Assembly: GCA_030264375.1 (NCBI GenBank)
Contig: JASCQW010000072.1
Span: forward strand, 106,429,782 to 106,493,781
Source of the DNA: Carcharhinus longimanus
Lineage: Eukaryota
Reading direction: 5' to 3'
DNA length: 64,000 nt
In this document: positions 37,901 to 49,900 of the stretch, piece by piece
Layout: each line of letters begins with the position of its first letter
How positions within the stretch are numbered: the first letter of the stretch is position 1
Notes under the pieces: generated by a model
Told to the model about the DNA's origin: nothing
Database searches by the model: none
What the model saw: the letters and a program-made list of their open reading frames with translations, nothing else
Program-made: the position numbers and the translations under genes

Positions 37901-40900
37901 AGTTGGCTGAATGCGATGACCTGCAGCAAGCACTAAGTCAGCGCCAGCTTGCAGCTAAAAGCTTAGAGAGTCAAGTACAAGCATTGACAGAAGAGAAGAA
38001 AAAACTCAGGCAATGGTTGGATGATAAAGAATCTCTCATAAACACTCAGTCCAGTGAAAGCCGTGACCTGCGGGGCCAGCTTGATCAGAAAACTGATACG
38101 ATTGTGTCATTGCAGAAACAAATGGAAGCACTGAATATTGACAAAGAAAGGCTTCAGAGCGAAAATAAGGAGCTGCAACTATCTGTAAGTAAGTGGACTG
38201 CTGAGCACCATCAGCTGCAGGAAAAAGTCAGTGACTGTGAGTCTGTGGCTGCCCTTGCACGGGATCAAGCACAAATTCTCAGCACTGAAAATCGCAAATT
38301 TAAAGAGAAACTTGAGGAGCTGAACATTGCGCTACACAGTAAAACAGATGAGATTACAGCCCTTCAGTGCTTGCTGTCACAAAAGGTGGGGATGATAACC
38401 TCCTCTGATGAAGGCGCCAGCACCTTAAATGTCGCTACTGAGACTTTTATATCGGAGCTTGAAGGGAAACGACTCTCACCCAATCAGCAGTCAATGTTGC
38501 TGCCTCAGCAGCAAGCCAAAATGTTGCAAGGGGAAGGGCAGTTGAGTCAATATGTGCAGATAATCTCACAGTTGCAAGCTCAGGTCCAAGTTATGATGTG
38601 CGAAGCCACTCAGCTTAAGCAGATGCTGCAGGAGAAAGAGATAACCCTTCAACAGCAGACTGGTGAACTCAGAGAGCTTCAGAAAAAGGCTGCAGATCTC
38701 GGGGCACTGGAATTGCAATGTAAAGAACATTTGGGAACCATTTCGAAACTTGAAAACCAAATCCAGGACATGACTTTGAAAACTCATGAACTAAAGCGCA
38801 CCATCGAGGAAAGAGACATGTTGTTGGCCTGTAAAGTTGAAGAGTGTGTCAAAGTCAAGACAGCATTTTCTGAAACCGAGGATTCTGTTTTACAGCTTAG
38901 AACGCAACTGTCTGCTGCCATCTCTGAAGCTAATCAGCTGAAGGGTATTATTCAAGAAAAGGAACTGGCCCTGTTACAGATCAAAGAGAGTACCACAACT
39001 TGCAATGAAGAGTTGATGATAAAGATACAGGCAAAGGAAGCTGAATATGCTGCACTTAATGAAAAGTTTATTAATCTTGAACATGTATTTTCACAACTTA
39101 ATAGTCAAATAAGCCAACAGAATTCAGAGTTAAGCCAACTGAAAGAGGTCCTTGTTCAAAAGGAGGCTTCAATTATAGAGCAAAGAAAACTTGTCAGGAA
39201 ATGGCAAGACAAAGCGAGCGAGAGCGATTTGCTGAAATCACAATTCAGTGAGAGCACTGAGCAGATTTCTCAGCTCCAGAGTAAAGTGCAGAACGTGCTT
39301 TCAGACTCAAAGCGACTTGAGGAGTCACTGCAGGATAAAGAAACTGCTTTTAGTCACCTACAGGAAAGGTACGCTGCGCAGTCTGAACAGTTCAGAGAAC
39401 TTAATAGAGAACTTCATGCAAAGGAGGAAGAAATAGCAGGACTTCAGAAAGTACTTGGTGAAAAGAATGCCCGTGTTCAAGTTACAGAGAGTAATGCAAA
39501 TGCTTTGGTGGTCGAAGTTAAGTCACTGAAAGAGGAACTGCAGAAGAGTCAGATATCATTAACTAACTACGGGAATGCTTTGCAGCAAAAAGACGAAATG
39601 TTTGCTATTAATCAGAGGAATATGGAAAGCCAGAATGCAGCTCTAGAAGCACAAAAAATCCAATATAAGGAAGCGGTAGAACGACTTGAGATGGTTAATC
39701 AGGACTCAAAGCAAGCTGAACTAATCCTTCAGAAGAAATATTTGGATCAGACACAGCACATTGAAAAACTTGAGTTAGAACTGAAGACTTTGAGCGAAAA
39801 ATCAGCTCAAGACTGTCAAGAAAAGGCTGCACTGATTGAAAATCTTCATCAGCAATGTGATCAACTTAAAAATGGAAATTCACAGTTGGACCAGCAGGTT
39901 AACATATTGATGGTGGAAAAGGAACAAGTGAGCGCTTCATACCAGAGGCAGTTACAACAGAAATCCGATGAATTACAGGTGCTTGAAGAGAAGCTTGCAA
40001 CAATGTGTGACATTAAGGAGAAGCTTGAAGTTGCACAGCAAATGAAGGATGAAAATGAATGTCTTCAAAAGCAGGTCAGTCTTAAATCAGAGGAAATGGC
40101 AAAACTGAAATTAGAAGTTCAAAAATTAGAACAAAATCTGTTGGAATCGGGAAGAAAATGGTTGGTGGAGTTTGGTAGGGAAACTGATAAAAATAGTCTG
40201 CTAACAGAGAAACTCAACAAGTTAGAGACTCAAACGGAGTTGAAAGATGTTAAGATAGACAGTTTGCAAAAGACACTAGATAACTTGCAAGAGAAACTTT
40301 GTGAACAGTCATCTGCATTACAAACCAGTGCAAGTTGCCTGAAAGAACAAGAAGTGCTGGCATCAAACTTCAGACAGCAAGTTGTTGAAAAACAATCCAG
40401 ACTGGATGAAATGTTAGCTTTGGTTTTAAGCAGTGAATCTGCAGTGGATGAGTTAAAGCAAATTCTGTCTGAGAAAGAAAAAGAGATTGAAAATTTGCAG
40501 AATAGCTTTTCAGCAAGTGAAAAGGGTAGATCAGAAATCACAGACAGCATGGCTGATAGATTAATGTCTTCTGAAGAAGAGAAGTTTTCACTCTGTAATG
40601 AGCTCAAACAAATTAAATTAAGCCATCATTTGGAAGTAGAAGCTTTACAGAGACAAGTGACTGATCTTCAGGTGTCGCTGCAGCGATCACAAGCTGAACT
40701 AAAAGAAAAGCAACATGATTTAGATGAAAGTTTCCAACAAAGTAGTTCAGCACAGGAGCAGATCCGTACTCTGGAGGAGGAACTGAACAAGAAGTCCCAG
40801 CAGTTGGAGGTTGCAATCAAGGAAGGTGCTCAGCATTTTGATTCCCTGCAAAAGAAAGAGCAAGCAGCGCACATACTGAACATGCAAGTAAACCAACAGC

Positions 40901-43900
40901 AAGAGTTGGTGTTCTCTCTCAGTCAGCAGCTGAGAGAAAAAGATGCTTCCGCCATGCAGCTTACGGAATCCATATCAAAGGAAATGGTTAAAGCAGCAGA
41001 GGAGGAAAAACACTTGACTGATCAAATAGAAAAGCTTAAAGCGCAGTACTGTGTTTCCGATGAAAAAGTAGACAGGCTTACACGTGAACTGGAGGAGCAT
41101 AAGAAACACCTGGAACAGCAAGAAATTCTTCTGAGTACCAAAGAAATCCAGTGCCAAGACATGACTACCGAAAATGAACAGTTGCGTTTGCAAACACAAA
41201 CGCTTACGAAGGAGAGGGACTTGCTCAAAAAGAAGTTTCAAGCTGCACTACTAACAAGAAGGGATTTGATGAAGAAAGTTGAAGAGCTGCAGAAAGGAGC
41301 CATCGCTGACACAACAAAAGATCAGCAAATCGCAGAACTGCAGCACAGTTGCAGAATGCTCGAAAGTCGGACACAAGAGCTGAGCTCTGAAGTGACAGTT
41401 CGACAGAATCAGATGAAACAGCTTGAGACACACTTGGAAGTCCTGAAGCAACAACTGGTAGAAAAGGACACCGATATAAATGTTCTGAGCGAGACCCTTT
41501 CTCACAAAGAAACTGTTGTGGAACAGTGGCAGAAAAACGTCAGTAAATGTGAAATGGAACTTGAAGCCCTGTCTGTGGAGTTGCTTCAAACTGTTCAAGG
41601 GAAAGATTCCTCAATTGCGCAACTCCAGTCTGCTTTAAAAGAAAAAGAAGAGGAATGTTGTCGACTTAATTCAGATCTTGAGAAAATTAAAATGACGTTA
41701 TCTAAAAAAACAGACCATCCAAACACAGAATCACCTGAAGCTTCGGAAAGTGGTGGCGTTGGTATCACTGAGGTCACTGACCAGTTAAATGCACTCAAAC
41801 AGGAAAAGGAACATTTACAAAAGAAACTTCAGGCTGCTCTTTTAGCTCGGAAGGAAACTATCAAAAAGGGTCAAGAGAAGGATAAACATCACAAAGAGCA
41901 GCTGTCCCTTCAGAGGGAAGAGTACAGCCATCTTTCAGAAACGTATCTTGTGCAAACCAAAGAGTTAGAAAATGTGCAACAAGAACTAGCTAGCCTTCAC
42001 CAAACATATCAAACAAAGCTAATGGAGTTTGAGTGTAACAGAGAGTTAATAGGGACTTTGCAAAAGCAGTTGCATTCTGTCGATGTCTTGCTTGGTGACA
42101 AAGAAAAGATGTTAGAACAGCTTAAAGTTCAGCTCGAGGAGCAGGAGAGCAAAATGTTTGCTGCCTTAGGTCAGCAAGATGAAGTTCAGACCCTCGAGAA
42201 GAGATTAGCAAGCATGGTTTCCACATTAGCAGTTAAGGATGCTGATGTGAAAAGCCTTCAAAGTGATAACGAACAACTGCAGCAAGATAAAACAAAACTA
42301 ATATCAGAGCTAAGAAGTGCGCAAGCTCGGATTGCTGAAACATTGGAAGAGGCCCAAATGCTGAAGCATTCTCTGTCCAGCCTGGAATGTCGGCACCAAG
42401 AGGAAAGGGAGAAGCAGGCTGCAGAGATCAGTTTGCTCCAAAATCAAAGGCAATCAGTCCAAGCTGAAGCTGCAAACCTCAAAATTGCTTTGGAAGAGGC
42501 ATTTGAGGATAAAGAAAGTTATTCTCGCAAGCTGGAAAACTCAGCCGAAGAAATGGGGACTCTGAAAACACAACTGTTGGATTTACACAGGGAGAAAGAT
42601 CAAATCCAAGCACAGCTGGTCACCTTTCAGCAGGAGAATTCTGAAGTCAAATCAAAATTGAAGCAAGCTCACCAATCTCGAAGTGAAGATGCAGATAACC
42701 TGCGCACACAAGTATCGTCTGCACAGTCAGAGCTAGAGAAGGCGCGTGAGTGTTTACAGGAACGTGATAACACCATAAAGTCTTTGGAATGTACGTTGTC
42801 TGAGAAAGAGAAGCTCTTAGAGGAACTGGAATTACAATCGCAAAAGCGGGCAATAACTTACGAAGTGGAAAAGGAAAGAACAAAATTGCCTGTCATCGAA
42901 GTTCAGCAGAGGGCAGCAGATAATCCTGAGGAGAGCAAGTCTAAAGAACTGATTCAGAGAAAACTGCAAGCAGCCCTAATATCCCGGAAAGAGGCCTTGA
43001 AAGAAAATAAAACTCTGAAGCAGGATGTTAATACTTTAACATCTGAGAAAGACGAACTTACTTCCAAGATTTCTACCCTTGAAAGAAGCGCAGCCGAAAT
43101 GAAGAAACAGCTCGAGCTTTTACAGCGAGCAGCTTCAGCGCACCATGAAGAGAAGAGGAGGCTTCTTTCTGAAGTGGATAAAATATTTGCAGAGAAACAG
43201 GACTTAAATGTTGTATGCGAAAGTCTAAAGCATACGTTAGACACGGTAACTCAAGAGAAACAGGACTTTTCTCATGAGCTGGATTCATTAAGGAATTCCC
43301 AGGCAGCAGAACTGTCAGAGTGGAAGGCCAAACGTGATGAGCTGAAGAATGAGTACGAGTCTCTTTTGCAGTCCTATGAAAACATTGGGAATGAAATGGA
43401 TAAGATGAGGCAGATAGTTGAAATGACCAGAAAGGAAAAGCAAGAGGTGGTCTTCAGACTCCGTGAAGTTGATGCTGAGCGACAAAATATTGAGAAACAG
43501 CTCGAGGAGGCCAGTGATCAAAATGAAAAAATGAAGGACAAAATGAGAAAGCTTGCAAAATCCAAGCAGCAGCGAGTTCAGGAGCTTGAAGGAGAGATTG
43601 AAAGAGTCAGTGTCGAGTTGCAAACCATTTCTGCTGCAAATCAGAGTCACACAAGTGAGTTGTCTGTTCAGTATACTCAGCTCCTGGAGGAAAACAGATC
43701 ACTGAAGCAAACCTATGAGGAGCTTAAGTCAGAATTTGATAAAGCTAAGAGTGAGAGAGAGCATTTACTGAAGGAACTGAGCATGTCTGCATCCATCCTA
43801 GAAGAGCTACAAACCAATGAGGCATTCCGCCAGTCTGAAATTGATAAATTCCAAGTCAATGAGTCATTGTCTTCAGGCATGCAATCTCTGGATGCCAAGG

Positions 43901-46900
43901 CTGGAGAGATTCAAGTTGTGGAGCAAGCAAGACCATTGCTGTCCAAGAAGCTTCAACAATTGAAGTTGCATCACAAGGTGGAGTGCCATGAAAAGGATTC
44001 TACAATTGTAGAGCTTCAACATGAAGTAAAAGCTTACCAGCAGGAGACTGTAAACTTAAATGAAAAAGTCAAGATTTTAGAGGATGACAAATCCCTTCTC
44101 CAGGAAGAACTTGAGAATGTTCAGGAAATGTCAGAGAAAGTCAAAAATGAGAAAGAGTATCTGGAGGCAGAATTACTTAAAAATGCCGACAAGATTGATC
44201 AGCTAACAGAAGCATTGAGGACACTTCACGTGCAAAATAATTCGCTCGTCAATGAACTAGATGGCTTCAAAGAAGAAAAATGTCTGTTGGTCAAAGAAAA
44301 GGAAACACAGGAAATAAAGCTAGTCAAAGAGTTTGAGGAGAAGCTGCGGTCTGCTCAGAGAGGGAAAACCAGATCCAAGGGTGAAACCAAAGAATTGCAA
44401 GAGTTGTTAAAAGAAAAGCAACAGGAAATAAATCAATTACAGAAGGACTGCATCAAGTACCAGGAGCTCATTTTGGACTTGGAGCGAGCAAACAAGAAAT
44501 CAGGATCTGCCTGTGAAGAAATGCAAAAGAAACTTGAGTCTGCAACTAAGAAAGCCTTCAGTTCCGAAGAGCAGGTCAGGCTAGCTCAAGAAGAACTTGC
44601 TTCTTATAAAGTCTTGCTCCGTGACGCCAGAAATGAAGCTGATGGTGTTCGTGCGCAGTGTTTAGGACTAACGGAAGAACTGCAAAAGAAAGAGGAGAAA
44701 ACAAAAGCCCAAATAACTGACAAAGAGAGGGAACTCCTTATGATCTTGGACCAACAGAAAACAATTCATCAAAAAGAAATAGTCAATTATCAGGACAAAT
44801 TCGACTTGTTGGAGCACGACAAAGACAGAGTGGTCGCAGAACTCTTAGAAGTGCAGGCTGAACTAAATGGTCGGGATCTGCTGATTAAGAAGCTTCAGGG
44901 CGAGTTGAATAACAATTTGGCGAATTTGGCAGCGTTCACAAAATGTATGTCCTCTCTTCAAGATGACAGGGACAGGATCATTGAAGAGAGCAAGAAATGG
45001 GAAACGCGATTTCAAGATGCTATCCAAAATAAGGAAAATCAGGTGCAAGCAAAGGAAGAACTGTTGCAAAAACTTCATGAGGAAATCAAGCTAAAGTCTT
45101 TTGATCTCCAGGCACTCCAATACAGAACTTCAAAGATGGAGCAGACAATAAATGAACTTACAGTGAGCGGTAAAGATGCAGAGAGTAAACATCAGAATGA
45201 AATGGCTAACATGAAAGAGACTATTTGCAAACACAATGAAAAAATAGAAGAGATGGAGGAATTGTTGAAAGAAAAAGAGGCAGCTTTCAGCAAATTGTCA
45301 CAGGAAAATACTAATTTAAGCACACAGCTTTCTGACTTGAGCCACTCTGAGAGCAAGTTGAAGGTAACAGAGCAAATGCTTGAAAAGGACCTGACAGAAA
45401 AACAATTAGAAAACTGTCAGCTTCAGTCTGAAAATGAGAAATTAAATGCTGAACTACAGAAGCAGAATGCGATTTCCCAGCAACTGAAACTCATGCTCAG
45501 CAATAAAGACATGGAGATCTCGAAACTCGTATCATCAAAAGATGGTGAAATTTCAGAGTATGTAGCAGAATTACAGGAACAATACAGAAAGCAAGTGGAG
45601 GATTATGAGAAGCAGTTGAATATTCTTCAGCACGATAGCCAAAAAGCAGCCAATGAAGCCAAAGAATTGTGGGTGCAGATGGACAAAAGTAGAGAGGAGA
45701 AAGACAAAGTTGTTGCTAAAATGGATGCGTTTACAAAATCCATGGCCTCCCTTCAAGACGACCGAGATCGAATTTTGTCAGAATATACGCAACTGGAGCA
45801 GCGCCATCTTGATATGCTAAGTCAGAAAGATGGCATTATTCAGGAAAGTGCAGCTGAGAACAATGAGCTTAAGCAAGAGATCAGAAATCTGCTCAACCAG
45901 ATGGATGATCTTAATTCTGAAAACGCAATGCTGAAAGCACAATTGATTAAGCACAGGGAGGAGCTTAACCAGATCTTGTCCTTGAAAGATAACCAATTGA
46001 AGGAGCTGCTGCAAAAGCAACTGCAGCAAATTAAGAATCTTGAGAATGAAAAAAGCAGTCTTGAGGAACAATGGAAAGAAGCACAGAGCTCTTTTGAAAA
46101 AAGCAACGAAAGCATGAAATCTTTGCAAGCAGAGAACAAGCGAATTTTGGAGCAAGTTACCGGGCTCAGGGCTGCTACTTCAAACACAATAAAGGATAAA
46201 CCTGAAGCAAATGAGACCAAATTAATTCTCGAGCTTCAACAGAAACTTGAATTTAAAACTCTGGAATGTGATGAGCTCAAAAAGGAAATCAATCTGAAGA
46301 GAACCGACCTGGAGGAACTTGAACACAAACTTATTGAAGTTGAGGGTCTGGCGGAGTCAGAAACCAGGGCTAAGATCTCGGAAAAAGCTGTTGAAATGGT
46401 TCAGAGAAGAACTGAAGAAAAACCGGTTGGGTTGCCAAAAGATTTGGTGAGTGAGCAAAGACTTTTGGATATCATAAATGAGAATAAGGAGCTTGCTTCT
46501 CAGGCAGAATCTTTTCAGAAGGCAGTGGTGGCTGTACAGAGTGACAAAGACAGACAATTACAGAGCATCCAGCAACCCCAAATCAAGCAGTCAGATGAAC
46601 TCGAGGTAGAATGCTAATGAAGGTTCATTGTATTGTGCTACTTCAGAGCCCCATCTTAGAATTGACTTCTGCATTTTAGTTAATGGAAATGCATTTCTAA
46701 TAGGAGCCATCCAATTATGTACAAAATAATGGGGCTGCCTAGCAACAATTGGGTTAAGTAGAGAACCATTGCAAGGTGCTAAATGTAAAATTTTAACTCA
46801 GTCATGAGATTACTTGTTTGGTGTCAGGATTTGTATCTCAGGCTGTGTAAAATTACCAAATTTCTATGTTTAATTTGCTTTTTAAAGGGAAAGAAAGGGC

Positions 46901-49900
46901 TAAGAAGATGCACTGTAACCATATTTTGCACTCATGCTTGCAGAAAATTGAAAAACACTGTTTTTACTTCCGTTACAGTCAAAAGAGATTGTTTGCCCCA
47001 AAGATCGGAATTTATGGAATGATCCCTCTGAGATAACATGGCTCAGAAATAAAGTGGAAGAACTAGAAAAGCTACTTCAGCAAGCCACGTTGCAAGAGCG
47101 CACTGAGCAGGATCTTTCTTCCTGCCGGAATGAATTGGCCGAACTGAGGTTTGTTACGGTTTACGTTAGAATTTCAGTTTGAAAAGGAATTTACGTTTGC
47201 GTGGTACCCTGTTGACCTACTCCAAACACCCAAAGTGCCTTGCTTTCAACGAATTGTCTTTGTAGTTTATGTAAGCAAATGTGGCAGTCAGTTAGTCCAC
47301 AAGTACTTAGAACATTATAGCGCAGTGTAGGCGCTTCGGCCCTTGATGTTGCGCCAATCTGTGAAACGAATCTCAAGCCCATTTAACCTACACTATTGCA
47401 AAATCACCCGTATGTTTACCCAAAGGTCATTTAAATGCCCTTAATGTTGGCTTGAAGTAGCAAATGAATCAACTGATTTTGTTTTTGGTGCTAATTGAGG
47501 GAGGAATGTTGACCACAGCATGAGGAATGTCACCTGCTCTTCTTTAGATAGTGCCATTGGATCATTTCCATTCACTTGAGCAAGTAGAAACATATGTCAT
47601 TCAGACAACAGGACCTCCAATGAAGTAGCTCTCCCTTTACATGCAAAAGAATACTGGCTTGGAATATAACTTCCTGTAAGTCAGTTTCTGACTCCGAAAT
47701 GAACATGCTTCCAGCAAGTACTTAATATCTGCTGTTATAAATTTTGTGTGATCCCGGAGGAATTTACTGTGCAGGACTAGTCAATTTAGGAACATCCTTG
47801 AATTATAAAACAGTTGATTACCATAAGTCAATTTTATAGGGAGGAGATTTTAGTCTAGTGTTGGGACCAGGCCTACTGATACGTGTTTATGTGGTACAGC
47901 TTTCCAAGGTCGGTGCTGATTGATTTAGTGCACTGTCCCTTGCAGAACTGCTACCCTGAAACAGTGCAGTTGAAATGAGAATAAGCAGCAGTGTCCCTGA
48001 TAGAAATTCATGGGTGATAGATCAGCACATTAGCTGCAATGGTGGACAGACAAATGATTTTTCAACCTGTGAGCTATAAACCAGAATTAGAATCATAGAA
48101 TTTTACAGCACAGAAGTAGGCCAGTTGGCCCGTCGTTTCTGTACTGGCTCCCGAAAAAGCTACCCAGCTAACCCCATTCCTCAGACCGATCTCTGTAGCC
48201 GTNNNNNNNNNNNNNNNNNNNNNNNNNNNNNNNNNNNNNNNNNNNNNNNNNNNNNNNNNNNNNNNNNNNNNNNNNNNNNNNNNNNNNNNNNNNNNNNNNN
48301 NNNNNNNNNNNNNNNNNNNNNNNNNNNNNNNNNNNNNNNNNNNNNNNNNNNNNNNNNNNNNNNNNNNNNNNNNNNNNNNNNNNNNNNNNNNNNNNNNNNN
48401 NNNNNNNNNNNNNNNNNNNNNNNNNNNNNNNNNNNNNNNNNNNNNNNNNNNNNNNNNNNNNNNNNNNNNNNNNNNNNNNNNNNNNNNNNNNNNNNNNNNN
48501 NNNNNNNNNNNNNNNNNNNNNNNNNNNNNNNNNNNNNNNNNNNNNNNNNNNNNNNNNNNNNNNNNNNNNNNNNNNNNNNNNNNNNNNNNNNNNNNNNNNN
48601 NNNNNNNNNNNNNNNNNNNNNNNNNNNNNNNNNNNNNNNNNNNNNNNNNNNNNNNNNNNNNNNNNNNNNNNNNNNNNNNNNNNNNNNNNNNNNNNNNNNN
48701 NNNNNNNNNNNNNNNNNNNNNNNNNNNNNNNNNNNNNNNNNNNNNNNNNNNNNNNNNNNNNNNNNNNNNNNNNNNNNNNNNNNNNNNNNNNNNNNNNNNN
48801 NNNNNNNNNNNNNNNNNNNNNNNNNNNNNNNNNNNNNNNNNNNNNNNNNNNNNNNNNNNNNNNNNNNNNNNNNNNNNNNNNNNNNNNNNNNNNNNNNNNN
48901 NNNNNNNNNNNNNNNNNNNNNNNNNNNNNNNNNNNNNNNNNNNNNNNNNNNNNNNNNNNNNNNNNNNNNNNNNNNNNNNNNGCAGTACATATTTAATATT
49001 ACTTTTCCTTCCATCCGTTGCAAGAAATCAATTGCTTAATGTGCAACATTTATTTTATTTTCAGAATTAAAGACAAAATTAGTGCATTGTCATTTCTTCT
49101 TTTAGATCGGAGAAAAACTTACTGCTTTCAGAGTCTTGTGCTATGAAAGAGCAATGCCTCTTAACAGTTGCAGATAGAGATAGACAAATTGAGGAACTGA
49201 AGAAAGTGAACCAGGAGGTGTGGAGTAGTGAATTAAGAAGTGTAAATAGTGCGCACCAGGTAAAGGTAAGCATTTTGAAAACACATTCATATTTGTTTCA
49301 ATGGATGACTCACCTCTGAGATAACCTTAACTTTCCTCCCCAACTATGAATCATCATCATTGAAGGAATCCTTGTTTTCTTTACAGCAAACATTAGATCT
49401 ATCTACATTTTAAACTGGTGCATCTTAAATGCCAGCCATCATCTTTGGGTAGGAGGGTAACAATCTGGGTTTGGAAAGTCCCATGTCCGATTTCTTTTGG
49501 GACAGTCATTCAAAACCATGTACTTGAAGGTGGCATTACTGGAATTCAGCAATGTATGGTGTATGTTCCTTTCCTTTCCTATTGACCTACCATGAGTCCC
49601 ACTGTTGTGTATCGTAATATTGAGAGAATTACTAATGATTGACCATTGCCCTCAATCTCCGCCCAGTGTTCTGGGAACTTGTGCCAGGATATTTGCTTCA
49701 ATCCTGAACAGGCTCGTTTTTCCTCCTCCTTCTTGTTACATGAGTCTTGTAGTACAGGCTATTATTGCTTTCATCAATTGCCTGAAGACACATGCTGTGG
49801 ATAGCAACGCACAGTATAAGCATCAAAAGAGTTGCCCAGGACCCATGCCTGAAACAGTTGTTAGGCCCTTTGTGTATATAAAAATGACAGCTCTGCCTGT

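Noticed and set aside
36186-46557. Many antisense ORFs overlapping the giant exon
   Set aside because: Ser/Leu/Phe-rich shadows expected from Glu/Lys/Gln-rich coiled-coil codons; no independent signals
46944-47036. Upstream acceptor cttgcag for exon N
   Set aside because: In phase 0 it runs into TAA; the acceptor at 46979 gives an open coiled-coil frame
48125-49039. Long ORFs spanning N gaps (also 2383-2815, 49953-50309, 56962-57367)
   Set aside because: Open only because of Ns; exon phases on either side of these gaps match without needing a hidden exon
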